Source: an uncultured Pelagibacteraceae bacterium (GTDB lineage Bacteria; Pseudomonadota; Alphaproteobacteria; Pelagibacterales; Pelagibacteraceae). From it: a DNA stretch of 64,000 nucleotides. Shown here piece by piece: positions 46,383-56,202 of the stretch; within the stretch, counting starts at the first letter, position 1, and every line of letters starts with the position of its first letter. The stretch covers positions 10,169 through 74,168 of the forward strand of contig CACCZY010000002.1 in NCBI GenBank assembly GCA_902550635.1, read 5' to 3'. The notes beneath the pieces are model-generated. The model worked only from the letters and a program-made list of their open reading frames with translations. It was not told the DNA's origin and made no database searches. The position numbers were made by a program, and so were the translations under genes.

Positions 46383-47294
46383 TTATTGAATGAATGCCTT
46401 TGCAAATTTTTCTGCATCAAAAATTTGAAAATCATCTTCCTTTTCTCCAAGTCCAAGTCCAATAATTGGTAATTTATATTTCTTAGCCAATGCTAATAAT
46501 ATTCCTCCTTTTGCTGTTCCATCCAACTTTGTCATAATCAAACCTGTTAATGGAATTATCTTGTTAAATTCATCGACTTGATTAATTATATTTTGGCCTG
46601 AAGTTGCATCCAATATTAGAACCACTTGGTGAGGAGCAGAGGCATCGATTTTTTTAGCAACGTTTGCAATTTTTTTGTATTCATCCATTAAGTTTTTTTT
46701 ATTCTGTAATCTTCCAGCTGTATCAATTATTACTTGATTTAAACTTTTATTTTTTGCATGTTGTATTGCTTTAAAAGCAACTGATGCTGGGTCAGAACCT
46801 GGTTCAGATTTTATTATTTCAACATTAATTTTTTTTGCCCATTTATCTAATTGATCGATCGCTGCTGCTCTAAAAGTATCACTAGCTGATAAAACTACTT
46901 TGCTGCCATTTTCTTTTAAGATTTTTCCAATTTTTCCGATTGTTGTTGTTTTTCCAACACCATTAACACCTGAAATTAAAACTATATTTAATTTATTATG
47001 ATTATGGAAAAAATCTCTTTTTTCAAGAGGCTTCATTATACCTACAATGTATTCAGTTAAAATTTTATTTATTTCATCAAAAATATTAAGATTAGGATCA
47101 ATTTTTTTTTGTGAAATAATTTCTCTAATTTCAGAAGAAGCTTCTACACCAACATCAGATCTAATTAAAAGTTCTTCAATTTCATTTAGAGTTTTATCAT
47201 CTATTTCTTTTTTAATTATTATTTCTTTAAGCCCTGAAGTAATATTTTCAGCACTTTTTTTAAAACCTAGTTTAAATTTTTCAAAAATACCCAT
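46383..47294 (-). CDS. ftsY: signal recognition particle receptor FtsY
   Basis: GVNGVGKTTTIGK, DTFRAAA, DTAGRLQN, TKLDGTAKGG; NG domain only. Confidence 0.97.
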   Translation of the reverse strand: MGIFEKFKLGFKKSAENITSGLKEIIIKKEIDDKTLNEIEELLIRSDVGVEASSEIREIISQKKIDPNLNIFDEINKILTEYIVGIMKPLEKRDFFHNHNKLNIVLISGVNGVGKTTTIGKIGKILKENGSKVVLSASDTFRAAAIDQLDKWAKKINVEIIKSEPGSDPASVAFKAIQHAKNKSLNQVIIDTAGRLQNKKNLMDEYKKIANVAKKIDASAPHQVVLILDATSGQNIINQVDEFNKIIPLTGLIMTKLDGTAKGGILLALAKKYKLPIIGLGLGEKEDDFQIFDAEKFAKAFIQ

Positions 47295-48112
47295 TATAAT
47301 TTTATTTTAATTTCTTTTATATTTGAAACCGGACCAGTCATTGAAATTAATCCATTATATTCAATATTTAAAAAACCTTCTTTAAAATGAATATTGGTAT
47401 TATTTCCTGTATAGCCTTTTTCAAAAGCAACTACTGCTGTTGCACATGCTGCTGTACCACATGCTTTAGTCAATCCTGCACCACGTTCCCACACATTTAC
47501 TAATATGTTTGAAGAATCTTTTTTTTGTGCAAAAGTAACATTAATCTTTTCAGGAAATAATTTATGGCATTCTACTAATGGTCCTATTTTTTTTAAGTCA
47601 TATTTAAAACAATCTTCAACAAAAAAAACTATATGAGGATTACCCACATTTAATGCAAAACCTTCTTTTAGCTCTATACTATCTATTTTTAAACTTATTT
47701 TTTTATGATCAATATTTTTTGATAAAGGAATTTTATTCCAATCAAAGATTGGTTCACCCATTGCAAGTCTAATACTATTTTCAGAAACTTTTTGAGCTTC
47801 TAAAATTCTATTTGAAGTAACAATTACAGCATCATCTTTTTTATTTTCATCAAACAAAATTTTTGCAACACATCTGCTTCCATTTCCACAAGCAGTCACT
47901 TCATCTCCATCGGAATTAAATATTGTAATTGGATTATAATTAGGATTTTTATGATCTAATTCATCAATAAATATCATTTGATCAAAACCAATGTTATCTC
48001 TTTTTCCTAATTCAATAATTTTTTCTTTACTGACAGAAACTGGATTTTTTCTTCTATCAATAATTACAAAATCATTTCCTAAACCGTCCATTTTAAATGC
48101 TTTAATTTCCAT
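47294..48112 (-). CDS. dapF: diaminopimelate epimerase
   Basis: KMDGLGNDF, NSDG..ACGNGSRC, GNPH, ERGAGLTKACGT. Confidence 0.96.
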   Translation of the reverse strand: MEIKAFKMDGLGNDFVIIDRRKNPVSVSKEKIIELGKRDNIGFDQMIFIDELDHKNPNYNPITIFNSDGDEVTACGNGSRCVAKILFDENKKDDAVIVTSNRILEAQKVSENSIRLAMGEPIFDWNKIPLSKNIDHKKISLKIDSIELKEGFALNVGNPHIVFFVEDCFKYDLKKIGPLVECHKLFPEKINVTFAQKKDSSNILVNVWERGAGLTKACGTAACATAVVAFEKGYTGNNTNIHFKEGFLNIEYNGLISMTGPVSNIKEIKIKL

Positions 48113-48136
48113 ATATTTAAATACTTAACTTATTTA

Positions 48137-48164
48137 TTGACTTTTTGAACCTCTATTATAGTTT
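48137..48164 (+). promoter_or_regulatory. possible sigma70 promoter for the ffh operon
   Basis: TTGACT(48137-48142)-N16-TAGTTT(48159-48164) just upstream of the structured leader. Confidence 0.4.
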
Positions 48165-48173
48165 ACCGACTTT

Positions 48174-48272
48174 CCGCAAAAAACAGCATTTTGCGGTGTC
48201 TTTGTTAAGCAAAGAGATCGACACTAGTCAGCGAGGGTTCGCCCACTAGTGCGATAGCTGCTGTGTGAAATT
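48174..48272 (+). ncRNA. structured ffh 5' leader (ffh cis-regulatory RNA motif)
   Basis: GC-rich island upstream of ffh; bulged hairpin CACTAGT-CA-GCGA-GGGT-TCGC-CC-ACTAGTG (48222-48251) plus CCGCAAAA/TTTTGCGG and TCTTTG/CAAAGA hairpins; an ffh leader motif is known in Alphaproteobacteria. Confidence 0.75.
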
Positions 48273-49631
48273 ATGTTTGAAAATTTAACAAATAAATTTG
48301 AAGAAATTTTTTCTTCTTTAAAAAAAGCACCTTCTTTAGATGAGAAGCAAGTTGATGAAGGACTTCGCAATATTCGCCAAGCTTTATTAGAGGCAGATGT
48401 TTCATTAAATGTTGCAAAAGATTTTATAGAAAAAATTAAACCAAAAGCAATAGGACAAGAAATAATTCGATCTACTTCGCCAGGACAAATGGTAATAAAA
48501 GTAGTATATGATGAACTTGTTTCATTGTTAGGAGACAAAAACTCTGAATTAAATTTAAATCAAGTGCCACCAGTGCCTATAATGTTGGTTGGTCTTCAAG
48601 GTTCAGGAAAAACTACAACTACCGCAAAACTAGCCCGTTATTTAGAAAAGAATAATAAAAAAAAAGTCATGATGGTAAGCCTTGACGTTTATAGACCTGC
48701 AGCACAAGAACAACTAAAAATTTTAGGTGAAAAAAATAATATACTAACTTTGCCAATTGTGCCTGGTCAATTACCTTCTGATATATGTTCCAGAGCTCTT
48801 GGAGCTGCAAATTTAAATGGAGCTGAAATTATTCTTTTTGATACAGCGGGTAGAACCCAAATAGATTTGCAGATGATGAATGAAATAAATCAAATAGAAA
48901 AAATAATTAGTCCATCAGAAACAATATTAGTAGCAGATTCTTTGACTGGACAAATAGCTGCGCAAGTAGCAAAAGAATTTAAAAATACAGTTGATCTTAC
49001 AGGAATAATTCTAACAAGAACAGATGGTGATGGCAGAGGTGGAGCGGCAGTTAGTATGAAGTTTGAATCAAATGTACCTATCAAGTTTTTAGGAATAGGA
49101 GAGAAAATTGAAAATTTAGAAGTATTTCATCCAGATAGAATAGCAAACAGAATTCTTGGTATGGGGGACGTTGTATCTTTGGTTGAAAAGGCAGCAGAAG
49201 AATTTGATCAAGAAAATATAAAAAAAACAGAAGAAAGATTGAAAAAAGGTGAATTTTCAATGGAAGATTATTTGTTGCAATTGAGACAAATGAAAAAGAT
49301 GGGAGGCATAGAAGGAGTGATGTCTTTTTTACCGGGAGTATCAAAAATTAAATCTCAAATGGATCAAGCAGGTATAGATGAAAAAATAATTTCCAAAAAT
49401 GAAGCAATAATTTTATCTATGACAAAAAAGGAAAGAAAAAATCCAAAACTTATAAATGGTTCAAGAAGAAAAAGAATTGCTAATGGCTCTGGTACAGATG
49501 TTGCCACTATCAATAAATTGTTAAAGCAATTTAAGATGATGTCTGAAATGATGAAAAAGATGTCAAAAGGAAATACAAAGGGACTTGCGGATCAAGGAAT
49601 ACCGCCAGAACTTTTTAATCAATTAAAATAA
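48273..49631 (+). CDS. ffh: signal recognition particle protein Ffh
   Basis: ALLEADV, GLQGSGKTTT, DVYRPAA, DTAGR, RILGMGDV, Met-rich M domain. Confidence 0.98.
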   Translation: MFENLTNKFEEIFSSLKKAPSLDEKQVDEGLRNIRQALLEADVSLNVAKDFIEKIKPKAIGQEIIRSTSPGQMVIKVVYDELVSLLGDKNSELNLNQVPPVPIMLVGLQGSGKTTTTAKLARYLEKNNKKKVMMVSLDVYRPAAQEQLKILGEKNNILTLPIVPGQLPSDICSRALGAANLNGAEIILFDTAGRTQIDLQMMNEINQIEKIISPSETILVADSLTGQIAAQVAKEFKNTVDLTGIILTRTDGDGRGGAAVSMKFESNVPIKFLGIGEKIENLEVFHPDRIANRILGMGDVVSLVEKAAEEFDQENIKKTEERLKKGEFSMEDYLLQLRQMKKMGGIEGVMSFLPGVSKIKSQMDQAGIDEKIISKNEAIILSMTKKERKNPKLINGSRRKRIANGSGTDVATINKLLKQFKMMSEMMKKMSKGNTKGLADQGIPPELFNQLK

Positions 49632-49646
49632 ATAAAAGGAGAAAAA

Positions 49647-50072
49647 ATGTTAAAATTAAGATTGTCTATGGGTGGAACAAAAAAAAGACCCGTATATAAA
49701 ATTGTGGTTGCAGATAGTAGATTTCCAAGGGATGGAAGATTTATTGAAAAATTAGGATTTTTTAATCCACTTCTTCCTAAAGAGAAAAAAGAAAGAATAG
49801 GATTATCTTCTGAAAGAATAAAATATTGGTTAGATCAAGGAGCGCAACCCACAACTAGAGTTGCAAGACTTTTAGGTGAAAATAATTTAATTAAAATGCC
49901 TATTTCAGGAAATAATCCAAATAAAGCAATTCCTAAAAAGGACAGAAAAAAAGAAAAAGAAGCAGAAGCACCTAAGGAAGAAAAAAAAGCAGAAGCACCT
50001 AAGGAAGCAAAAAAAGCAGAAGCACCTAAGGAAGAAAAAAAAGCAGAAGCACCTAAGGAAGAAAAGAAATAA
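49647..50072 (+). CDS. rpsP: 30S ribosomal protein S16 with repetitive C-terminal tail
   Basis: [32 protein letters not shown]; AAAGGAG RBS. Confidence 0.97.
   Translation: MLKLRLSMGGTKKRPVYKIVVADSRFPRDGRFIEKLGFFNPLLPKEKKERIGLSSERIKYWLDQGAQPTTRVARLLGENNLIKMPISGNNPNKAIPKKDRKKEKEAEAPKEEKKAEAPKEAKKAEAPKEEKKAEAPKEEKK
49962..50069 (+). repeat. 4 x 27-nt coding tandem repeat (AEAPKEEKK)
   Basis: GCAGAAGCACCTAAGGAAG(A/C)AAAAAAA units start at 49962, 49989, 50016 and 50043. Confidence 0.95.
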
Positions 50073-50080
50073 ATATATCT

Positions 50081-50767
50081 ATGTTTAATGCTCAAATATT
50101 TACTTTGTATCCAGATTTTTTCCCAGGATTTCTTTCCAAAGGTTTATATGGAAAAGCAATGTCTGAAAATAAATGGAAACTAAAAATTGTAAATATAAGA
50201 GACTATGCATTAGACAAACATAAAACAGTGGATGACACTCCTTATGGAGGAGGATCAGGTATGCTTATTAGACCTGATGTGATTGCAAAAGCAATTGATA
50301 ATAATATTGAAGATGGTGAAAAAATAATTTTTTTGTCTCCAAAAGGGAAATTATTTGACCAGAAAAAAGCAAGAGAACTTTCTAAAGAAAAAAAAATTAA
50401 TTTATTATGTGGACATTTCGAAGGAATAGACCAAAGAGTAGTAGAGAGTAGAAATATTGAAGAAATGAGTGTTGGTGACTATATTTTATCGGGAGGAGAA
50501 ACAGCAGCAATGATAGTAATTGACAGCATACTAAGATTGTTGCCTGGAGTTTTAGGAAATAACAGTTCAGTTATTGAAGAAACCTTTGAAAATGGTCTTT
50601 TAGAATATCCTCAATATACAAAACCTCAAATTTGGGAAGATAAAGAGGTACCCGAAGTCCTTTTATCAGGAGATCATGCAAAAATTAAAGACTGGCGTTT
50701 ATCTCAATCTGAGGTTATAACACGCGACCGAAGGCCAGATTTATGGCGGAAATACAAGAAAGATTAA
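50081..50767 (+). CDS. trmD: tRNA (guanine-N1)-methyltransferase
   Basis: [53 protein letters not shown]. Confidence 0.97.
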   Translation: MFNAQIFTLYPDFFPGFLSKGLYGKAMSENKWKLKIVNIRDYALDKHKTVDDTPYGGGSGMLIRPDVIAKAIDNNIEDGEKIIFLSPKGKLFDQKKARELSKEKKINLLCGHFEGIDQRVVESRNIEEMSVGDYILSGGETAAMIVIDSILRLLPGVLGNNSSVIEETFENGLLEYPQYTKPQIWEDKEVPEVLLSGDHAKIKDWRLSQSEVITRDRRPDLWRKYKKD

Positions 50768-50783
50768 ATTGACAGCACTTAAA

Positions 50784-51287
50784 ATGAAAACAATAGAAGA
50801 AATAAACCAGTCGATTTTAAAAAAAATTGCTGCCGAAAAAAAATTACCAGATTTTTTTCCAGGGGATATTATTAAAGTAGGTGTAAGAATAACCGAGGGA
50901 AAAAGAGACAGAATACAGTATTTTGAAGGGGTATGCATTGCAAAAAAAAATAGAGATTTAAATTCTGCTTTTACAGTAAGAAAAATATCTTTTGGAGAAG
51001 GTGTTGAAAGAACTTTTGCGTTATACAGTACTATTGTTGATTCAATTAAGGTTGTCAGATCAGGTAAAGTAAGAAGAGCTAAGCTTTATTATTTAAGAGA
51101 CAGAACCGGTAAATCAGCAAGGATTGCTGAAAAAATTAAAAAGAAAATTGGTATTGATGTAGATATAAAATCTAAACAATTAACTGATGAAAAAACTGAG
51201 CTTCCAGCTGAAGATAAAAAAGCAGAAAAAAAAATAGAAGCTCCAAAAACTGAAGCAAAAAAAGAAAGCTCAGAAAAGAAAAAATAA
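50784..51287 (+). CDS. rplS: 50S ribosomal protein L19 with charged C-terminal tail
   Basis: [41 protein letters not shown]; start placed at ATG 50784 (ORF track 50769). Confidence 0.97.
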   Translation: MKTIEEINQSILKKIAAEKKLPDFFPGDIIKVGVRITEGKRDRIQYFEGVCIAKKNRDLNSAFTVRKISFGEGVERTFALYSTIVDSIKVVRSGKVRRAKLYYLRDRTGKSARIAEKIKKKIGIDVDIKSKQLTDEKTELPAEDKKAEKKIEAPKTEAKKESSEKKK

Positions 51288-51298
51288 TTTTTTTCTAA

Positions 51299-52702
51299 AT
51301 GCCCAAAACACTCTACGATAAAATATGGAATGAACACCTTGTTCATGAACAAGAAGACGGTACTTCTTTAATTTTTGTTGATAGGCATTTAATTCATGAG
51401 GTTACTAGCCCCCAAGCATTTGAGGGTCTAAGAAGTTCAAATAGAAAAGTGAGGCAACCACAACTTACCTTAGCCGTTGCAGATCATAATGTTCCAACAA
51501 CTGATAGAAGCAAGGGAATAGATGATAAAGAATCTAAATTACAAGTAGATACTTTAGAATCTAACTGTAAAGAGTTTGGTATTAAACTTTTCGGAATGAA
51601 CGACAAACGACAAGGAATTGTTCATATAATTGGTCCAGAACAAGGTTTCACTCAACCAGGAACAGTAATTGTGTGTGGTGACAGCCATACGGCAACGCAT
51701 GGAGCTTTCGGAGCTTTGGCTTTTGGTATTGGCACATCCGAGGTTGAACATGTTTTAGCAACACAAACGTTATTACAAAAGAAAGCAAAAAATTTTAGAA
51801 TTAATGTAAGTGGCAAACTTCCTATAGGAGTAACATCGAAAGATGTCATTTTACAGATTATTGGAAAAATCGGTACCGCAGGTGGCACAGGATGTGTTAT
51901 TGAATATTCAGGAAGCTTAATTTCTTCTCTAAGCGTTGAACAAAGAATGACAATTTGCAATATGACCATTGAAGGTGGTGCAAGAGCAGGACTTATAGAA
52001 CCAGACCAGAAAATTTTTGATTACTTAAAAGATAAACCCATGTCTCCAAAAAAAGAAATTTGGAACAAAGCATTAGATAGTTGGAAAAATTTAAAATCGG
52101 ATAGTGGAGCAAACTTTGATAAAGAATTAAATTTAGAAGGTCAAGAAATTATGCCAATGGTTACATGGGGAACTTCTCCCCAGGACGTGATTACTATTGA
52201 TGGAAAAGTCCCTAACCCAAATAATGAAAAAGATTTAGATAAAAAAAGTTCAATTGAGAGATCGTTAAAATATATGGGTTTAAAAGCAGATACAGCTGCA
52301 AAAGATATAAAAATTGATAAAGTTTTTATTGGTAGTTGTACAAATGGAAGAATTGAAGATTTAAGAGAGGCTGCAAAAATATTAAAAAATAAAAAAAAAG
52401 CATCTCATGTTGAAGCAATGGTTGTTCCAGGTTCAGGCTTAGTTAAAGAACAAGCAGAACAGGAAGGACTGGATAAAATTTTTATTAACTCTGGATTTGA
52501 ATGGAGAGAGCCAGGATGTTCAATGTGTCTTGCTATGAATGCTGACAAATTGAAGCCAGAAGAAAGATGTGCGTCTACTTCAAATAGAAATTTTGAAGGA
52601 AGACAAGGAAGAGGAGGAAGAACACATTTAGTAAGTCCAGGTATGGCTGCAGCTGCCGCTATTTCTGGAAATCTTGATGATGTTAGAAAGTATCAAAGTT
52701 AA
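51299..52702 (+). CDS. leuC: 3-isopropylmalate dehydratase large subunit
   Basis: [45 protein letters not shown]. Confidence 0.98.
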   Translation: MPKTLYDKIWNEHLVHEQEDGTSLIFVDRHLIHEVTSPQAFEGLRSSNRKVRQPQLTLAVADHNVPTTDRSKGIDDKESKLQVDTLESNCKEFGIKLFGMNDKRQGIVHIIGPEQGFTQPGTVIVCGDSHTATHGAFGALAFGIGTSEVEHVLATQTLLQKKAKNFRINVSGKLPIGVTSKDVILQIIGKIGTAGGTGCVIEYSGSLISSLSVEQRMTICNMTIEGGARAGLIEPDQKIFDYLKDKPMSPKKEIWNKALDSWKNLKSDSGANFDKELNLEGQEIMPMVTWGTSPQDVITIDGKVPNPNNEKDLDKKSSIERSLKYMGLKADTAAKDIKIDKVFIGSCTNGRIEDLREAAKILKNKKKASHVEAMVVPGSGLVKEQAEQEGLDKIFINSGFEWREPGCSMCLAMNADKLKPEERCASTSNRNFEGRQGRGGRTHLVSPGMAAAAAISGNLDDVRKYQS

Positions 52703-53308
52703 ATGCAGAAATTTACTTCTATAAAAGGTATTCCATCATATTTACCCATAGTAAATATTGATACAGATATGATTATTCCTAAGCAATTTTTGAAAACTAT
52801 AAAAAGAACAGGACTAGGAAAAAATTTATTTTTTGAATTAAGATATGATGATAAAGGAAATGAGATTAAAAACTTTATTCTAAACAACAAACCTTATAAT
52901 AATTCAAAAATATTAATTACAGGTAAAAATTTTGGCTGTGGATCATCGAGAGAACATGCTCCTTGGGCATTACTAGATTTTGGAATAACTTGTGTTATCA
53001 GCTCAAGTTATGCAGATATTTTCTATAATAATTGTTTTAAAAACGGAATTTTACCAATTATTTTAGAAGAAGAGATAATAAAAGAACTATCAGAATATTC
53101 TAATAGGAAAGAAGAAATAACAATCGATTTAAAAGAACAAAAAATTATTTATGGCAATAAGGAAATTCAATTTGATATTGATCAATTTAAAAAAAAATGT
53201 TTATTAGAGGGACTCGATGATATTGCTATTTCTTTGGAAAAATCAAACAAAATAACTTTGTTTGAAAAAAATTTAAAAAATATAAAACCTTGGATATTTA
53301 ATGATTAA
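52703..53308 (+). CDS. leuD: 3-isopropylmalate dehydratase small subunit
   Basis: [28 protein letters not shown]. Confidence 0.97.
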   Translation: MQKFTSIKGIPSYLPIVNIDTDMIIPKQFLKTIKRTGLGKNLFFELRYDDKGNEIKNFILNNKPYNNSKILITGKNFGCGSSREHAPWALLDFGITCVISSSYADIFYNNCFKNGILPIILEEEIIKELSEYSNRKEEITIDLKEQKIIYGNKEIQFDIDQFKKKCLLEGLDDIAISLEKSNKITLFEKNLKNIKPWIFND

Positions 53309-54407
53309 AGTTAAAAAAAGAAAAATATTACTTTTGCCTGGCGATGGTATTGGACCAGAAGTTATAAATGAGGTTAGGAAAGTTATTACATGGCTTAATT
53401 CAAAAAAATCTTTAGATTTTGAAATTGATGAAGATTTAGCAGGAGGAGCCTCTTACGATAAACATGGAACTCCAATAACAGATGAAGTTTTTTATAAAGC
53501 TCTAGAGAGTAAGATTGTCATGTTAGGTGCCGTAGGTGGACCAAAGTGGGATAATCTTGAATTTCAAAAAAAACCTGAGAGAGCATTATTAAAATTAAGA
53601 AAAGAATTAAAATTATTTGCAAATTTAAGACCAGCAATATGTTTTAAGCAACTTGTACATGCATCAACCCTTAAACCTGAAATTGTTTCTGGTTTAGATA
53701 TTATGATTGTTAGAGAACTTACTGGTGGAATATATTTTGGTGAACCTAGAGGAATTAAACCTATAGATAACGGTGAAAGAAAAGGTATTAACACCCACAC
53801 ATATACTAGCAGCGAGATTATTAGAGTAGCAAAAGTTGCTTTTGATTTAGCAAAAAAAAGATCAAATAAAGTTACATCATGTGAAAAATCAAATGTGATG
53901 GAGGCAGGACAGCTTTGGAAAGAGGAAGTGCAGACTTTACACGATGCAGAATATAAAGAGGTAGAATTAAACCACATGCTTGCTGATAATTGTTCAATGC
54001 AATTATTAAGAAATCCCAAACAATTTGATGTGATTGTAACTGATAATCTTTTTGGTGATATACTTTCAGATCAAGCATCAATGTTAACTGGTTCACTAGG
54101 ACTTCTGCCCTCTGCATCTCTTGGAGAAAAAAATAAAGATGGGGAAATGAGAGCGATGTATGAACCAATACACGGTTCTGCACCGGATATAGCTGGAAAA
54201 GGATTGGCAAATCCTATCGCTACAATTTTAAGTTTTGCAATGGCATTACGATACTCATTGGATTTAGACAAAGAGGCTGACAATTTAGAAAAGGCAGTCC
54301 AAGATGTGCTTAATGATGGATTAAGAACAAAAGATATAGTTGCAAAAGGAAATAAGGAAGTATCGACTGCTCAAATGGGGGATGCGATTATTTCAAAATT
54401 GAAATAA
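53301..54407 (+). CDS. leuB: 3-isopropylmalate dehydrogenase
   Basis: [49 protein letters not shown]. Confidence 0.98.
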   Translation: MIKVKKRKILLLPGDGIGPEVINEVRKVITWLNSKKSLDFEIDEDLAGGASYDKHGTPITDEVFYKALESKIVMLGAVGGPKWDNLEFQKKPERALLKLRKELKLFANLRPAICFKQLVHASTLKPEIVSGLDIMIVRELTGGIYFGEPRGIKPIDNGERKGINTHTYTSSEIIRVAKVAFDLAKKRSNKVTSCEKSNVMEAGQLWKEEVQTLHDAEYKEVELNHMLADNCSMQLLRNPKQFDVIVTDNLFGDILSDQASMLTGSLGLLPSASLGEKNKDGEMRAMYEPIHGSAPDIAGKGLANPIATILSFAMALRYSLDLDKEADNLEKAVQDVLNDGLRTKDIVAKGNKEVSTAQMGDAIISKLK

Positions 54408-54426
54408 TTTATATTTTAATTAGAAT
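54399..54426 (+). promoter_or_regulatory. possible promoter for the dmd cluster (leaderless dmdC)
   Basis: TTGAAA(54399-54404)-N16-TAGAAT(54421-54426), 6 nt before the dmdC ATG, no SD. Confidence 0.45.
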
Positions 54427-54432
54427 AAGATT

Positions 54433-56199
54433 ATGCCAACTTATAATGCGCCTCTTCAAGATATGCTTTTTTTATATGAAAAGCTTAGAGATAATAAAAA
54501 CTATAATGAAATTGATAAGTATAAAGAAGTCACAACTGACCTAGTAAAAAATATATTAGAAGAAGCAGCAAAAATTAATCAAAATTTAATATTACCACTT
54601 GCAAAAGCTGGAGATGAAAATCCTACGATTTTAGAAAATGGAGTAGTTAGGACTCCTCCTGGTTATAAAGAAGCTTATAAAAAATTTATTGAAGATGGTT
54701 GGACCTCATTATCTTGTGATCCAAAATATGGAGGACAGGGCATGCCCAGAACAGTAAGTGCTTTTTTTGATGAAATGTTGTCATCAGCTAGTTTGGCATT
54801 TAAACTCTACAGTGAGTTAACTCTTGGTGCTTATAATTGTATTCATCATCATGCAACAGATGAAATTAAAAATAAATATCTTCCAAAAATGGTTGCAGGA
54901 AAATGGAGTGGCACTATGTGTTTAACTGAACCAGTATGTGGAACAGATTTAGGTTTACTTAAAACAAGAGCAGTAGAGCAACCAGATGGAACATATAAAA
55001 TTACAGGCCAAAAAATATTTATTACATCTGGTGATCATGATTTAACGGAAAATATTATTCATTTGGTAATTGCAAGAGCATCGGACTCACCAAAAGGTAC
55101 AAAAGGTATAAGTTTATTTTTAGTTCCAAAATTTAAAGTGAAAGAAGATGGAACAATTGGAGCAAGAAATGGAATATCCACCGGATCTATTGAAACAAAA
55201 ATGGGGATTAAAGGTTCAGCTACCTGTGTTTTAAATTTTGATGAAGCAACTGGATTTATGATTGGTCCTAAAAATAAAGGATTAAGTCAGATGTTTACAA
55301 TGATGAATTTAGAAAGGATTGTTGTAGGAATTCAAGGATTAGGTATTTCTGAAATTGCTTATCAAAACTCATTAAGCTATGCTAAAGAGAGAAAACAAGG
55401 AAAAAGCAATAAAAATAAATCACAAAATGGAAATGCAGATTTAATTATAGAACATCCAGATATAAGAAAATCTTTATTAAACATGAAATCAATAATCGAA
55501 GGAGAAAGAGCTTTATGTTTTTGGTTATCTCAACAAACAGAAGTGAGTTTAAATCATAATGACCAAAAAATTAAACAAGAGGCTTCTGATATGGTTTCAT
55601 TAATAACACCAGTAGTAAAATCCTTATTTTCTGATTTAGGAATGGAGATCACGAGTGATGCAATGCAAATACATGGCGGATATGGTTATACAAAAGACCA
55701 AGGTATAGAACAATTATATAGAGATAATAGAATAACTCCAATTTATGAAGGAACTAATTCAGTACAAGCAATTGATTTAGTATTTCGAAAATTAATAAAT
55801 AAGAATGGAGATATAATTGATAAATATATTAGTATGATGAAAAATGATCTAAATTTAAGTGATGAAAAACTAAAACCTTTCATAGAAAAGTTAAAAATTT
55901 ACATTGAAAAATTGAATTTATTTTCAAATTGGATGAAAGAAAAATTACAAAATTCGAGAGATGATGCAAATGCAGCATCAAATGATTACTTAAGAGTTCT
56001 TGGTTATGTTGCGATCGGTTACTCTTGGCTTAAAATTTTGGAAGTTAGCTACAAAGATTATGCAAATAATAAGGATTTTTATGAGGACAAAATACAAACT
56101 GCGAATTTCTATTTTAACAGGGTATTACCAAGAGTGGAAAGTCATTATTTATCCGCAACTACAGGGAGTAAATATATAATGGATTATAAATTTAATTAA
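54433..56199 (+). CDS. dmdC: acyl-CoA dehydrogenase, probable MMPA-CoA dehydrogenase DmdC
   Basis: GTMCLTEP..GTDLG, GQKIFIT.GDHDL, KMGIKGSATC, QIHGGYG, IYEGTN; clustered with dmdA. Confidence 0.82.
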   Translation: MPTYNAPLQDMLFLYEKLRDNKNYNEIDKYKEVTTDLVKNILEEAAKINQNLILPLAKAGDENPTILENGVVRTPPGYKEAYKKFIEDGWTSLSCDPKYGGQGMPRTVSAFFDEMLSSASLAFKLYSELTLGAYNCIHHHATDEIKNKYLPKMVAGKWSGTMCLTEPVCGTDLGLLKTRAVEQPDGTYKITGQKIFITSGDHDLTENIIHLVIARASDSPKGTKGISLFLVPKFKVKEDGTIGARNGISTGSIETKMGIKGSATCVLNFDEATGFMIGPKNKGLSQMFTMMNLERIVVGIQGLGISEIAYQNSLSYAKERKQGKSNKNKSQNGNADLIIEHPDIRKSLLNMKSIIEGERALCFWLSQQTEVSLNHNDQKIKQEASDMVSLITPVVKSLFSDLGMEITSDAMQIHGGYGYTKDQGIEQLYRDNRITPIYEGTNSVQAIDLVFRKLINKNGDIIDKYISMMKNDLNLSDEKLKPFIEKLKIYIEKLNLFSNWMKEKLQNSRDDANAASNDYLRVLGYVAIGYSWLKILEVSYKDYANNKDFYEDKIQTANFYFNRVLPRVESHYLSATTGSKYIMDYKFN

Positions 56200-56202
56200 G
56201 AT

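Noticed and set aside
48224-48538. 104-aa antisense ORF across the ffh start and leader
   Set aside because: Antisense to ffh; the GC-rich part is better explained by the RNA leader structure.
49962-50069. 27-nt direct repeats considered as a CRISPR array
   Set aside because: Repeats are contiguous with no spacers, in frame within rpsP, and no cas genes are present.
49835-50095. Antisense ORF with repeated FFSSLGASA
   Set aside because: Simply the reverse complement of the S16 AEAPKEEKK repeat.
53564-54283. Several antisense ORFs (151, 112 and 70 aa) within leuB
   Set aside because: Shadow frames of a conserved core gene with no protein-like features.
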